Assembly: GCA_964512985.1 (NCBI GenBank)
Contig: CAZELI010000001.1
Coordinates: 106,720-170,719, forward strand
Direction of reading: 5' to 3'
Length of the DNA stretch: 64,000 bases
Origin: an uncultured Gammaproteobacteria bacterium
GTDB lineage: Bacteria; Cyanobacteriota; Vampirovibrionia; LMEP-6097
A program made the position numbers and the translations under genes. Of this stretch, positions 1 to 9,587 are shown piece after piece; position 1 is the first letter of the stretch, and every line of letters starts with the position of its first letter. The notes below the pieces were generated by a model. It ran no database searches. It saw nothing but the letters and a program-made list of their open reading frames with translations, and was not told the origin of the DNA.

Positions 1-867
1 GGTTTAATGTTTGGTTTTGCTTGTGATGAGACTCCTGAGTATATGCCGCTTGCTATCACTCTTTCTCATCAATTAATGAAGAAGCTTGCTGATGTTAGAA
101 AAAATGATCCTGATATTCACTATCTCAGACCGGATTCTAAGGCTCAAGTAACTCTTGCTTATGAAGATGACAAGGCTGTAAGAGTAGACACTGTGCTCAT
201 TTCAACACAGCATGATCCTATCGTTCAAGGAGAAACTGATAACAGTAAAATTCAAGCTATTATCGCTAGAGATCTTAAGAGCAAAGTTGTAGATGAAGTG
301 TTTAAGAATTATCCTATTAAGCCTGATGCTAAGACTAAGTTTTTCTTCAATCCATCTGGTAGATTCGTTACTGGTGGACCTCAGGGAGATGCAGGGCTTA
401 CTGGTCGTAAGATTATCGTGGACACTTATGGTGGATATGCGCGTCACGGTGGTGGAGCCTTCTCTGGTAAAGATCCTACTAAGGTAGATAGATCTGCAGC
501 TTATGCTGCAAGACATGCTGCGAAGAATATTGTTGCAGCAGGGCTTGCTACTAAATGTGAAATCCAGTTGTCATATGCAATTGGTGTAGCTCATCCGACA
601 AGTATTCACGTAGAAACTTTTGGTACGGGAATTATTTCTGATGCAGAGATTACTGAAATCGTTAAGAAAGTTTTTGATTTTAGACCTTATTCTATAATTA
701 AGAACTTTAAGCTTAGAGAAATGCCAAAACTCAATGGTGGGCGCTTTTACCAGGATGTAGCTGCTTATGGTCACTTTGGTAGACCTGATTTAGAGCTACC
801 TTGGGAGAAGCTTGATAAGGTTGATGAGCTAAAAAAGTCTTGTAAAAGTTTGGAGAAGGTTGGATAA
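1..867 (+). CDS. metK: S-adenosylmethionine synthetase, 5'-truncated by window edge
   Basis: Frame-1 ORF running from the window start. It carries the conserved MetK C-terminal motifs ([34 protein letters not shown]; DTYGG). Confidence 0.95.
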   Translation, partial: GLMFGFACDETPEYMPLAITLSHQLMKKLADVRKNDPDIHYLRPDSKAQVTLAYEDDKAVRVDTVLISTQHDPIVQGETDNSKIQAIIARDLKSKVVDEVFKNYPIKPDAKTKFFFNPSGRFVTGGPQGDAGLTGRKIIVDTYGGYARHGGGAFSGKDPTKVDRSAAYAARHAAKNIVAAGLATKCEIQLSYAIGVAHPTSIHVETFGTGIISDAEITEIVKKVFDFRPYSIIKNFKLREMPKLNGGRFYQDVAAYGHFGRPDLELPWEKLDKVDELKKSCKSLEKVG

Positions 868-874
868 AAAATAA

Positions 875-959
875 TGGTGTCCTCGAGGAGATTTGAACTC
901 CTACAGCCGAAGCCACTACCACCTCAAAGTAGCGTGTCTACCAGTTCCACCACGAGGAC
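875..959 (-). tRNA. tRNA-Leu (anticodon GAG), long variable arm, CCA encoded
   Basis: The reverse complement folds as a class II tRNA: acceptor GTCCTCG/CGAGGAC, anticodon loop TTGAGGT, T-loop GGTTCAAAT. It aligns closely to E. coli tRNA-Leu. Confidence 0.85.
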
Positions 960-1044
960 AAAACCAGTTAGGATTTTAACAGAAACAATAGGTCAATATA
1001 CTAATAATTCGTTATAGATTAATGGTTTTGTAGGTTAGGGCATA

Positions 1045-1491
1045 ATGTATACTATGAAGTCTCGTTTTTTAATTCTTGCATTGCTGGTTGTGAGTTTAAG
1101 CTCTTGTGCTAATCCTTTTAAATATGCTCCCAATGATTGGGTTCAAGTTACAGAAGTTAAGGGTGATAATCCGAAGAAAATTTATGTCGATAAGAATCGT
1201 ATCGAATGTAAAGATGGCAAATGCAGTGCTTGGGTGAAAATGGTTTTTGATATGGAAGAAGCAATTAAGTTTCAGGGTAAGAAACCAGGAGAAGTTTCAG
1301 GAACGATGATGATCGGTAGGGTAGACTCAAGCGTCGACTATGATTGTAAGAGGGAAGTTGCGTTAATTAACTCATATCAACTTTATGATAGATCTAATAA
1401 ACTCATAGATTCTAAGTGGGTTCAGAATGAATATGAGTATGCTAAAGAAGGTACTATACAAGGCGATATATTAAAGTTTGTGTGTAAATAA
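1045..1491 (+). CDS. putative lipoprotein (signal peptide with lipobox LSSC), function unknown
   Basis: N-terminal hydrophobic segment followed by Cys (LVVSLSSCANP). No recognisable catalytic motif. Confidence 0.6.
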   Translation: MYTMKSRFLILALLVVSLSSCANPFKYAPNDWVQVTEVKGDNPKKIYVDKNRIECKDGKCSAWVKMVFDMEEAIKFQGKKPGEVSGTMMIGRVDSSVDYDCKREVALINSYQLYDRSNKLIDSKWVQNEYEYAKEGTIQGDILKFVCK

Positions 1492-1529
1492 GTTTATTTC
1501 CAGTTTATAAATTTATAGATTGTCAATTT

Positions 1530-1639
1530 CGTCATCCTGAGGGAGGGCGAAGCCCGACCGTAAGGATCCACTCTCATTAATAGACTATTTGAAGTAGTGG
1601 ATCCTTACGTCGCAACCTACGGTTGCTCCTCAGGATGAC
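1530..1639. repeat. compound palindromic element, family A copy 1 (~110 bp)
   Basis: Outer arms gtcatcctgagg / cctcaggatgac and inner arms gtaaggatccac / gtggatccttac, with embedded GC hairpins (gggcgaagccc; gcaacctacggttgc). A near-identical copy lies at 55802-55907. Confidence 0.8.
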
Positions 1640-1737
1640 AACGAGACGTTTACAGATTTGAGATTGGTTTGTTATGATTATAAGTTATATGGGTTGGTTA
1701 GCTCATCCTGGAGTAGTGGGTAAAGGAGAAGATTAAA

Positions 1738-1848
1738 ATGGATTTTTTACTTTTTATGAGTGGGATTACAGCTGCTATAAGTGTTGTTATTGTATTTTTT
1801 GTTAAACGTGCAGAAAAGCGTTATAAAGAAAGGTTAGTGCAAAAATAA
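1738..1848 (+). CDS. candidate 36-aa single-TM micro-protein
   Basis: An aaggagaa SD sits 7 nt upstream of the ATG. The peptide MDFLLFMSGITAAISVVIVFFVKRAEKRYKERLVQK is a hydrophobic helix with a basic tail. It is below the ORF-track size cutoff. Confidence 0.35.
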   Translation: MDFLLFMSGITAAISVVIVFFVKRAEKRYKERLVQK

Positions 1849-1900
1849 TTTTTCAATAAGTCTCTAAATGATAGAATATTTGGGTTCCTCTATGGAATAT

Positions 1901-1975
1901 GCTTGGGTGGCTCAGTGGTAGAGCACGTCATTGGTAATGACGGGGTCGGCAGTTCAATTCTGCTCCTAAGCACCA
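1901..1975 (+). tRNA. tRNA-Thr (anticodon GGT), CCA encoded
   Basis: Cloverleaf with acceptor GCTTGGG/CCTAAGC, anticodon stem CGTCA/TGACG, loop TTGGTAA and T-loop GTTCAATTC. Confidence 0.85.
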
Positions 1976-2797
1976 CTATATCGAAACTAAATCTTTAGCC
2001 TCATCAAAAAGCTTATTAATAAACTCTTGGTCTATATAAAGTGCAATTTTTTGTTTGGTTAAGTTAGCTTGTAATTCTTTGTTGCTTTTTAGAAGATATT
2101 TTATCTCTTCATCGCCCATAGACTCCATGCCTAGCAGAAATCTTGCAAGTTCAATAATGGTGTTTTGCTCTTCGGTAGCTTTTCCCTTATAGGAAGCTTG
2201 ATTGGCAATGATTTCGGTAACTCTTTGTGGTAAACCCCAATCTAGTAGCACTGCTGCTGAGATATCTAAGTGACTCATCTCGAAAGTTTCTCTTTCTAAT
2301 TTGATACGTTCCTGATAATTAATCATAGATCTAAACTCTGGATAATTATCTGGATAGAAATGACTTAAAACAAAAACTCCATAGGACTGCATCAAGCCAG
2401 AAATAAAAATCTCATCGCAATAATGTTTATCCTTGTTAAGTCGCTTGGCGATAGATTTAGCTGCGACAGCAAGAAACACTCCTTCGAACCATAATTGTTT
2501 ATCAACAGTAACATTGCGCAAGGCTGTGAGTATGGCAATATTTTTCAAAATCCCAAAGCCCAATACATCTATTATTTCTGTTAAAGATTCTAACTTACGA
2601 AAACTTCCTACAGCAGCTGAGTTTGCGTATTTAAAAGCATTGGCAAATAAAACTTGATCTAAAGTAACCAGTTTGAGAATGTCGTCTCGTGTGGTTTTGG
2701 GGTCATCAATAATACTTAATAACTTAGTAACAGCAGGCGAATTTGCTGGCAAGCTATCCAGCTTTTTGCCAATAATAGAAGACTTAATCACCGTCAT
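1976..2797 (-). CDS. HDOD domain signalling protein
   Basis: The HD-related output domain pattern runs through the ORF (LFANAFKYANSAAVG ... SHLDISAAVLLDWGLP). Confidence 0.8.
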   Translation of the reverse strand: MTVIKSSIIGKKLDSLPANSPAVTKLLSIIDDPKTTRDDILKLVTLDQVLFANAFKYANSAAVGSFRKLESLTEIIDVLGFGILKNIAILTALRNVTVDKQLWFEGVFLAVAAKSIAKRLNKDKHYCDEIFISGLMQSYGVFVLSHFYPDNYPEFRSMINYQERIKLERETFEMSHLDISAAVLLDWGLPQRVTEIIANQASYKGKATEEQNTIIELARFLLGMESMGDEEIKYLLKSNKELQANLTKQKIALYIDQEFINKLFDEAKDLVSI

Positions 2798-2858
2798 ACT
2801 TACTCCCTGTCATTCTTATAGACGGAATTGATTAAGGAAAGATTATGAAAATGAAGAA

Positions 2859-2897
2859 AAAGTGTCCGGTTTGCCCCCGGCCCTAACCGGACACTTT
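2859..2897. repeat. REP-like hairpin (family R copy 1)
   Basis: gtgtccgg-tttgcccccggccctaa-ccggacac in the divergent intergenic region. Same family as the hairpins flanking the RAYT gene at 48.5-49.6 kb. Confidence 0.7.
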
Positions 2898-2945
2898 TTC
2901 TTATCTTGGCTGAAACTATTTTCCTGATAACGCGTCTATATGTAA

Positions 2946-3980
2946 TTGAAGATGAACTTTAAATTATTAGTTGTTTGTATTGGATTTTTGCTATTGAATC
3001 AAATAGCGGTGAAGGCAGCGAAGGTCAATGTTGGTGCGGATAATGCAGAAGCCTTGGTAGGTACCTGGGATATTCTCAATACCAATGGCACTGTAATAGA
3101 TTCTATAGAAGTGACTATTGCTGTGGCTAAAGCTAATACTGCAAGGTTCAGCTATAAGCAATTATCGCTCGATAGCGACATCAATTCTTTAGAAGGATTT
3201 TTAACTCAAGATACAGTAATTTTTGATTTGATTAATTTAGGTAAGACACAGACTTATGTCGCCCAAGTTGACTTCACATTAGCAGGAGGACCAGGTATAG
3301 AGATTAAAACACAGCTTGCTGATTGTGTTACAGGTATAGAAAGTAGTACTGTGGTGAAGAAATATAGAGAGAGATTAGCTGATGCTTCTGCACGTTGTGA
3401 TGGATCTAGTTTAAATGATTCTACTGTCGCTAATATTAAATTCGTGAAACGTGGTGTTAATGCAGCTTTGGTGCCGAGTAGTAATTCTATAGCTGATGAG
3501 ATTATAGCAGGTGAGACTAAAGCTGCTAATAGAATAGAAGCTGCGTGGTCTATTCAAGATAGCGGTCATGATTCTATTCAAAGAAGACTAGTAATCAAAG
3601 ATATCACTAGTACTTATTTAGGATATAAATTTACTTATAGGTTATTGAATAATATTACTAAGCTTTCTAACCTCAGCCAGTCAGATTTCCAGACGGCTGA
3701 TAGAGTTGGATTCGTAGCAAATAATTATATGATTCTCAATCCTACAGTTTTCTCTAAGCGCAATGAACTGTTTATTCTTAAACTGGATACTACGTTAGAG
3801 CAAGGTGGTGGAAGAGAACTGCGTACTGATAATGGTGACTGTTTCCCATTCAAGATCAATGTTATAGGGAAGATGGCCTGCACACCAAACGATTCGAGCC
3901 TTATTAAATCTTCTACTTCTAGGAGAATTGATGGAAGGCATGCAGGTAAGATAGAGACTAATTTAGTTATTGTTTTCTAG
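2946..3980 (+). CDS. secreted hypothetical protein (Sec signal peptide)
   Basis: N-terminal signal peptide MKMNFKLLVVCIGFLLLNQIAVKA, paired cysteines, no known motif. Confidence 0.55.
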   Translation: MKMNFKLLVVCIGFLLLNQIAVKAAKVNVGADNAEALVGTWDILNTNGTVIDSIEVTIAVAKANTARFSYKQLSLDSDINSLEGFLTQDTVIFDLINLGKTQTYVAQVDFTLAGGPGIEIKTQLADCVTGIESSTVVKKYRERLADASARCDGSSLNDSTVANIKFVKRGVNAALVPSSNSIADEIIAGETKAANRIEAAWSIQDSGHDSIQRRLVIKDITSTYLGYKFTYRLLNNITKLSNLSQSDFQTADRVGFVANNYMILNPTVFSKRNELFILKLDTTLEQGGGRELRTDNGDCFPFKINVIGKMACTPNDSSLIKSSTSRRIDGRHAGKIETNLVIVF

Positions 3981-3990
3981 AATATTTATT

Positions 3991-4028
3991 GTTCCGCCGC
4001 TGCGCGGCGTTTGCGCTGCGCGCGGCTT
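3991..4028. repeat. GC-rich hairpin repeat (family C copy 1)
   Basis: gttccgccgctgcgcggcgtttgcgctgcgcgcggc lies immediately 3' of a + strand gene. A reverse-oriented copy is at 27706-27743. Confidence 0.6.
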
Positions 4029-4099
4029 AATACCTAACAAAAACCTTAACTTTCCTGTATTTATGCTTGAAAAATACTAAAATACCATTAGTAAAGCAA

Positions 4100-5371
4100 A
4101 TGAGTAGCAATATTTCTAAAGCTAAAAAAGATATTCTCGTTCTCAAGTTCGGCGGTACTTCAGTCGCTGATCCTGAATGTATTGAACGTATTTCTAAGAT
4201 TGCGATTAAAGAAGCTGAGCAATATAACGTTATAGTGGTAGTTTCGGCGATGGGTAAGACTACTAATGGTTTAGTAGATTTAGCTCATCAAGTATCTCCT
4301 GGTTGCCGTGGACGCGAACTCGATATGTTGTTAGCGACAGGCGAGTTAGTATCTATGGCACTTACTGCGATGGCTATTCAGAGACTTGGTCATCCATCTG
4401 TCTCTCTTACTGGATGGCAAGCAGGTTGTATTACTGAGCAGTCTCATAACCGAGCAAGGATTGCTGAGATTAAGCGTGATAGGATTGATAAACATTTACA
4501 TCAGGGTGAGATAGTGGTAGTAGCTGGGTTTCAGGGTATTACTGAAGACGGTGAAGTGACTACTCTTGGACGTGGTGGTTCTGATACTTCTGCGGTAGCT
4601 CTGGCAGCGGCTTTCAATGCAATACGTTGTGATATTTATACTGATGTAGATGGTGTGTTTACTACTGATCCACGTCTGGTGAAAGATGCTACTAAGCTGG
4701 ATTATATAAGCTATGAAGAAATGATAGAGCTTGCAAGTTTAGGAGCGAAGGTATTGCACCCACGTTCTGTAGAATTGGCTAAGAAATATAATGTGGATCT
4801 TAGAGTTAGAAATACTTTTAACTCTACTAATCAGGGGACTGCTGTTGTAAGTATAAAAAGGATGAAAGAAATGGAATTAACGAAAGCCGTTAGTGGAGTG
4901 GCATTGGATACTAAGCAAGCAAGAATTGGTATTCTTGGTGTGGCTGATAGACCTGGTATTGCAAGTAAAGTGTTTGGCGAATTAGGCAAGAGAAAGATTA
5001 ACGTAGATATGATTATTCAGTCTGTGTCACGTGATGGCATTAATGATATCGCTTTCACTGTGCCTATCGAAGATGCTGACTTAGCTAAAGCTAGTTGTGA
5101 AGAGATCTTGCAAGATATAGAGGGTACTAAAGTTACAGTGGATAAGACTATAGCGAAAGTATCAATCGTAGGAGCTGGCATGCTCAATAGACCAGGAGTA
5201 GCTTCTACGCTATTCACTGCTCTTTCAGACGCTAATATTAATATTCAAATGATTTCGACTAGTGAGATAAAGATTAGTTGTATCATTAATGTAGAGCAAG
5301 CCGAGAAGGCAGTTACAGTGATTCATAGAGCATTTGAGCTTGAGAAATCTTCTGAACCTATTATTGTTTAA
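4100..5371 (+). CDS. lysC: aspartate kinase with C-terminal ACT domains
   Basis: LVLKFGGTSV kinase motif and tandem ACT-like C-terminal region. The track ORF begins at a TTG at 4067; I prefer the ATG at 4100. Confidence 0.9.
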   Translation: MSSNISKAKKDILVLKFGGTSVADPECIERISKIAIKEAEQYNVIVVVSAMGKTTNGLVDLAHQVSPGCRGRELDMLLATGELVSMALTAMAIQRLGHPSVSLTGWQAGCITEQSHNRARIAEIKRDRIDKHLHQGEIVVVAGFQGITEDGEVTTLGRGGSDTSAVALAAAFNAIRCDIYTDVDGVFTTDPRLVKDATKLDYISYEEMIELASLGAKVLHPRSVELAKKYNVDLRVRNTFNSTNQGTAVVSIKRMKEMELTKAVSGVALDTKQARIGILGVADRPGIASKVFGELGKRKINVDMIIQSVSRDGINDIAFTVPIEDADLAKASCEEILQDIEGTKVTVDKTIAKVSIVGAGMLNRPGVASTLFTALSDANINIQMISTSEIKISCIINVEQAEKAVTVIHRAFELEKSSEPIIV

Positions 5372-5417
5372 TATGACGTGCCCGCATCTGCGATACTAGA
5401 TATCGGAAAGGAATATT

Positions 5418-6047
5418 ATGGACTTAAGAGATTTAGTAGAAACCGTTGGTTATATAGGAATTTTTGCAATGATATTTCTGGAGTCTGGAGTGTTTTTCGG
5501 ATTCTTTTTACCTGGTGACAGTCTGCTTTTCACAGCTGGCTTCTTAGCTTCACAAGGACTCTTGTCATTGCCAATATTAATTCCTGGTTGTTTTATTGCA
5601 GCAATTTTAGGATTGCAAGTAGGATATCTTTTTGGGCGTAAGGTTGGACCTAAGTTGTTTAATAGAACTGATTCACTTTTCTTTCATAAGAGTCATTTAG
5701 AACAAGCACAAGCTTTCTATGAAAAGCATGGCGCTAAAACTATAGTACTTGGTAGATTTATACCTATAGTAAGAACTTTTGCGCCGATAGTAGCAGGAGT
5801 AGGTTCTATGCATTATCCTACTTTTATTCGCTATAACATTATTGGAGCTGCACTCTGGGCTATTGGTGTTACTCTTGCTGGGTATTTTTTGGGTAGTTTG
5901 ATTCCTGATGTCGATAAATATTTATTGCCAATAATATTTTTGATTATGTTTGTTTCAGCTTTGCCACCACTTATTCATGTACTTAAAGATCCTGTAAGTA
6001 GAGCATCAATCAAAAACTTTATCGCGAAGCTCGGTAAAAAGAAGTAA
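5418..6047 (+). CDS. DedA/SNARE-associated family membrane protein
   Basis: VFFGFFLPGDS motif and multiple TM segments. Confidence 0.85.
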   Translation: MDLRDLVETVGYIGIFAMIFLESGVFFGFFLPGDSLLFTAGFLASQGLLSLPILIPGCFIAAILGLQVGYLFGRKVGPKLFNRTDSLFFHKSHLEQAQAFYEKHGAKTIVLGRFIPIVRTFAPIVAGVGSMHYPTFIRYNIIGAALWAIGVTLAGYFLGSLIPDVDKYLLPIIFLIMFVSALPPLIHVLKDPVSRASIKNFIAKLGKKK

Positions 6048-6069
6048 TTATCTCGCTTTTGCTATAATT

Positions 6070-6558
6070 ATGCAGGCAGTTAATAGAATCATGGAGAAAA
6101 CATTGGATAAGGTTTCATTAGATATTAAAGAGATTCAGGCAATACTGCCGCATAGATATCCATTCGTTATGGTGGATCGAGTGCTTGAGTTAGTTCCTGG
6201 TAAGTCAGCAACTGGTTATAAAAATATTACAATCAATGAACCGCAGTTTATGGGGCACTTCCCTGAGATTCCTATTATGCCAGGAGTGCTTCAGTTAGAA
6301 GCTGCAGCCCAGCTTTCGTGTTTAGTAATGCTTCTATTACCAGAGTATCGTTATGGTTATTTAGGGATTTTTACTGGTTTGGATGCTGTTAAGTTTCGCC
6401 GTATGGTAGTACCTGGTGATCAACTTAAATTAACTGTTGAATTGAAGAAATTTAGATTCCCTTTCGGTAAATTTGAATTTCGTGGTGAAGTAGATGGTGA
6501 ACTTACTGTTGAAGGCACTCTTAGTTTTGCTATGAGCGCTAAAGAGAATTTAAAATAA
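6070..6558 (+). CDS. fabZ: 3-hydroxyacyl-ACP dehydratase
   Basis: LPHRYPFVMVDRV and GHFPEIPIMPGVLQLEA hot-dog motifs. Confidence 0.9.
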   Translation: MQAVNRIMEKTLDKVSLDIKEIQAILPHRYPFVMVDRVLELVPGKSATGYKNITINEPQFMGHFPEIPIMPGVLQLEAAAQLSCLVMLLLPEYRYGYLGIFTGLDAVKFRRMVVPGDQLKLTVELKKFRFPFGKFEFRGEVDGELTVEGTLSFAMSAKENLK

Positions 6559-6614
6559 TATCCTTTGGTTTACGTAAACACTGACTTAAAGTAGCATATA
6601 CTGGAGATAGCCTT

Positions 6615-8027
6615 ATGAGTACCAAAGCCATAGACTTAGATTTACTGAACCGTTTCCATCCAAGGGAGCGGTTTGCAACTCGTTCTGCTTTAACACAGGC
6701 CTTCAAGTTTGTCATACTTGCAGCAGTTTGGATCTCTATAGTTTTTGGTGCCGCAGCTGGTGGCGGAATAACTTTTGCTTGGTTATTACCAATCCTTATT
6801 ACAGATTATTTACCTGGTTTAATCGGCATTGATGCTAGTACTGCTATTAAAGTTGCAGAGATAGTCGCTTACTTAGCGCCTACAGTAACTATTGCAACAG
6901 TGATTCCAGTCAACGCAATGTTTATGGTGCTTTGCGAACGTAAGTTCTTAGCTTTACTGACAGTGAGAATTGGACCAGATAAAGTAGGTCCTAATGGTTT
7001 CTTACAGACTTTTGCTGATGCACTGAAATTATTGTTTAAAGAAGACATCACTCCTAAAGGTGCTGATGCATTGCTTTTCACGCTTGCTCCAGCGCTATTT
7101 TTTGCGCCAGCGATGGTGGTATTTTTACCTTTACTTTCTGTAGCCTCTAATAATGCAGGTGTCTTTGTGACTACTGATTTAGATATAGGTTTGATATTTA
7201 TTTTAGGTCTAGTGTCTCTTGGAACTATGTCTATAGTTATGGGTGGCTGGGCTTCTAATAATAAGTACTCGCTTATAGGTGGTTTGAGATCAGCTTCCCA
7301 AGCGGTTGCTTATGAGATCCCTTTAGTTCTAGCAATGATTGCTCTTGTACTTATTTCTGGCTCTGCTAATTTAGTTGAGATCTCTGACCGTCAAGCTGGT
7401 GGAATAATGAACTGGAATATTTTGGGTAATGGACATTTACCAGAAGCTTTTAATTTGTTTGCTAACTCTGGTAGTGCTTTCCTGCAGGGCTTTGTGCCAT
7501 TGTTATTCACGCTTTTATGCGTAGCGTTATTTTTAATTTTTATCACTGCTTCTACAGCTGAAGTGAATCGTATACCTTTTGACTTGCCTGAAGCTGAGTC
7601 AGAGTTGGTTTCAGGATATAACACTGAATATACTGGAATGAAGTTCGCTCTGTTCTTCCTTGCTGAGTACACTAATTTATTTATCGCATCAGGAGTTGCG
7701 GCAGTACTCTTCTTAGGTGGATCGCACTTGCCTATTAGTATTGAGACAGAGAATGCTCTTTACGCTTCATTATCTAAGGTTACTCTTAATTTGCCTGTGA
7801 TTGGTAATTTAGAGGGTCTTTTAGTTGATTTGAATTTCGTATGGCTTCTAACTTCAGTGGTATTCATTCTTAAGATTTACTTGATGTTCTTAGTTGCTAT
7901 TTGGATTAGAGCGACTTTGCCGCGTTTAAGACAGGATCAGCTTATGGAGTTTGGTTGGAAATATTTAATCCCTCTAACATTAGCTATAATTTTCTTAGTG
8001 GCTTTGTGTTTAGAGTATTTGGGGTAA
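6615..8027 (+). CDS. nuoH: NADH-quinone oxidoreductase subunit H with ~100-aa N-terminal extension and enlarged loops
   Basis: ERKFLALLTVRIGPDKVGPNGFLQTFADALKLLFKED is the canonical NuoH/ND1 signature. It starts about residue 103 of a 470-aa ORF. Confidence 0.85.
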   Translation: MSTKAIDLDLLNRFHPRERFATRSALTQAFKFVILAAVWISIVFGAAAGGGITFAWLLPILITDYLPGLIGIDASTAIKVAEIVAYLAPTVTIATVIPVNAMFMVLCERKFLALLTVRIGPDKVGPNGFLQTFADALKLLFKEDITPKGADALLFTLAPALFFAPAMVVFLPLLSVASNNAGVFVTTDLDIGLIFILGLVSLGTMSIVMGGWASNNKYSLIGGLRSASQAVAYEIPLVLAMIALVLISGSANLVEISDRQAGGIMNWNILGNGHLPEAFNLFANSGSAFLQGFVPLLFTLLCVALFLIFITASTAEVNRIPFDLPEAESELVSGYNTEYTGMKFALFFLAEYTNLFIASGVAAVLFLGGSHLPISIETENALYASLSKVTLNLPVIGNLEGLLVDLNFVWLLTSVVFILKIYLMFLVAIWIRATLPRLRQDQLMEFGWKYLIPLTLAIIFLVALCLEYLG

Positions 8028-8058
8028 GTATAAATAATTTAAAGGGTAAAAGATATAT

Positions 8059-8700
8059 ATGGCAACGTTGATTAAAATACTAGAGACAGCTTCTAAGCCA
8101 GTCACCAAAACAGTAGATGGACTTTATAATATCTTCCTTGGTATGTATACAGTGTTTAAACATACTGGACGTGACCCTATTACCTCTAGCTACCCTAATA
8201 AAATGCCTGAGCTTTATTCACGTTCTCGTCATAGATTAGCTTTGAATGTTGATCCTGACACAGGTGAGCATCTTTGTATTGCTTGTAAGCAATGCGAGAG
8301 AATTTGCCCTGATGCTTGTATTTCCGTTATCCCACACGATAACGTTAAAGCTAAATCCTCCCAGTTCTATATAGATCACGGTCTATGTATGTTCTGTGGT
8401 TTATGTACAGAAGTATGTCCTACAGACTGTATTATTAATACAGTAGATTTTGAGATGTCAGAAGAGACGCGCGAGGATCTTGTCTATGACATTAACAGAT
8501 TAACTCTTACTCAAGATCAGTCTAGAGCTTACTTCCAAATGAAAGGTTATAAAACTAAGCGTCAAAAAGAAGAAGAGAAGCTCCTTGCTGATCCTTCTAA
8601 GAAGCCGCCAGCAGAAGGTGGTATCTCTCACAAAGCTGTGAAAGCAGCTCTAGAAGCTTGTGGTATTGCAACTAAAGTTGAAGCAGCTAAAACTGAATAA
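8059..8700 (+). CDS. nuoI: NADH-quinone oxidoreductase subunit I (2x[4Fe-4S]) with Lys-rich C-terminal tail
   Basis: CIACKQCERICP and CMFCGLCTEVCP ferredoxin motifs, plus a ~60-aa extra C-terminus. Confidence 0.9.
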   Translation: MATLIKILETASKPVTKTVDGLYNIFLGMYTVFKHTGRDPITSSYPNKMPELYSRSRHRLALNVDPDTGEHLCIACKQCERICPDACISVIPHDNVKAKSSQFYIDHGLCMFCGLCTEVCPTDCIINTVDFEMSEETREDLVYDINRLTLTQDQSRAYFQMKGYKTKRQKEEEKLLADPSKKPPAEGGISHKAVKAALEACGIATKVEAAKTE

Positions 8701-8717
8701 GATAAAGAGGTAATTTT

Positions 8718-9197
8718 ATGGCGACACTGAATGTATTATACGGAACAGAATCAGGTAACTCAGAGAAGTTAGCAACAAGCATAGAACTTACTGCTAAAGA
8801 ATTAGTGAAGCAGGCTGGTGACGCTCTTAAGTTTGATATAGTTCGCAAGAGTCTTAAAGATGTAAAGGTTGCTGACCTCGCTGCTATGGAGCATGTGGTA
8901 ATAGTTATATCTACTTGGGGAGAAGGTGATCCTCCAGGACCAGCAGATAAATTCTGTAAGGAACTCTATACAGCTTCTAGTCCTAGTTTATCTAATATGA
9001 AGTATGCCGTAGTGGCTATGGGTGATAGAGGTTATCAAGACTTCTGTGGCTGTGGTCGCCGCGTAGATGAAAGTATCCAGAAGCTGGGAGCTACTCAATT
9101 ACTCGCTCGTAAAGATATGGACTTAGACTATGCTGCGCATTTCGAGAAGTGGGAAGTAGAGTTCTTTACTAAGATTGCTCCGATGCTGAAGAATTAG
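8718..9197 (+). CDS. flavodoxin
   Basis: N-terminal FMN-binding loop VLYGTESGNSEKLA and a ~160-aa length. Confidence 0.75.
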   Translation: MATLNVLYGTESGNSEKLATSIELTAKELVKQAGDALKFDIVRKSLKDVKVADLAAMEHVVIVISTWGEGDPPGPADKFCKELYTASSPSLSNMKYAVVAMGDRGYQDFCGCGRRVDESIQKLGATQLLARKDMDLDYAAHFEKWEVEFFTKIAPMLKN

Positions 9198-9333
9198 TAG
9201 GATCGTTATACGTTAAACGTTTTAGATAGTTTGATACTATTAGCGCGAGTATAGTTAAAAAAGATAGAACTCCTATAAAAGCTATATAACCAAACTTTTC
9301 CTCAAAACTAAGACTATTTAGTATGTCTAACAT
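9166..9333 (-). CDS. candidate 55-aa small membrane protein
   Basis: A strong SD (ggaggtaagg) sits upstream of the ATG. The peptide MLDILNSLSFEEKFGYIAFIGVLSFLTILALIVSNYLKR... has a TM helix. It overlaps the 3' end of the flavodoxin gene antisense, so it may be spurious. Confidence 0.3.
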
Positions 9334-9397
9334 TTACCTTACCTCCTATAGCTAAAAATATTATACCAAACATTGTAAGTCGCACGAGTACCCGTTC

Positions 9398-9452
9398 GCC
9401 GTCATTGCGAGGAGTCCGTCGAAACGTAGTGAAGACGGGCGACGTGGCAATC
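9398..9452. repeat. GC-rich palindromic repeat, family B copy 1
   Basis: ccgtcattgcgaggag-[hairpin tccgtc..gacggg]-cgacgtggcaatcc, the shared framework GTCATYGCGAGGAG...GACGTGGCRATCC. Confidence 0.7.
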
Positions 9453-9508
9453 CACTCCAACGCATAAGTAAAATGTAATGGTATGTGTTAGTTAGGTTCC
9501 GCATGAAT

Positions 9509-9545
9509 GGATCGCCACGCCAGCTTTGCTGGCTCGCGATGACGG
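9509..9545. repeat. family B copy 2 (reverse orientation)
   Basis: ggatcgccacg-ccagctttgctgg-ctcgcgatgacgg is the reverse complement of the B framework, with a different internal hairpin. Confidence 0.7.
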
Positions 9546-9587
9546 ATTACGGGTGTCGGTTCGCTAAGGAGTATTTGTTTCCTTGAT

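Noticed and set aside
202-922. Several short ORFs (202-516, 293-487, 571-774, 731-922) in or antisense to metK and overlapping tRNA-Leu
   Set aside because: They lie entirely inside, or are antisense to, a strongly supported conserved gene or tRNA. They have no SD and biased composition consistent with frame artefacts.
3981-4099. Possible lysine riboswitch before lysC, and B12 or SAM riboswitches before metH and metK
   Set aside because: The leaders are too short (~80-120 nt) and are occupied by a family C repeat, or by AT-rich sequence without the conserved riboswitch cores.
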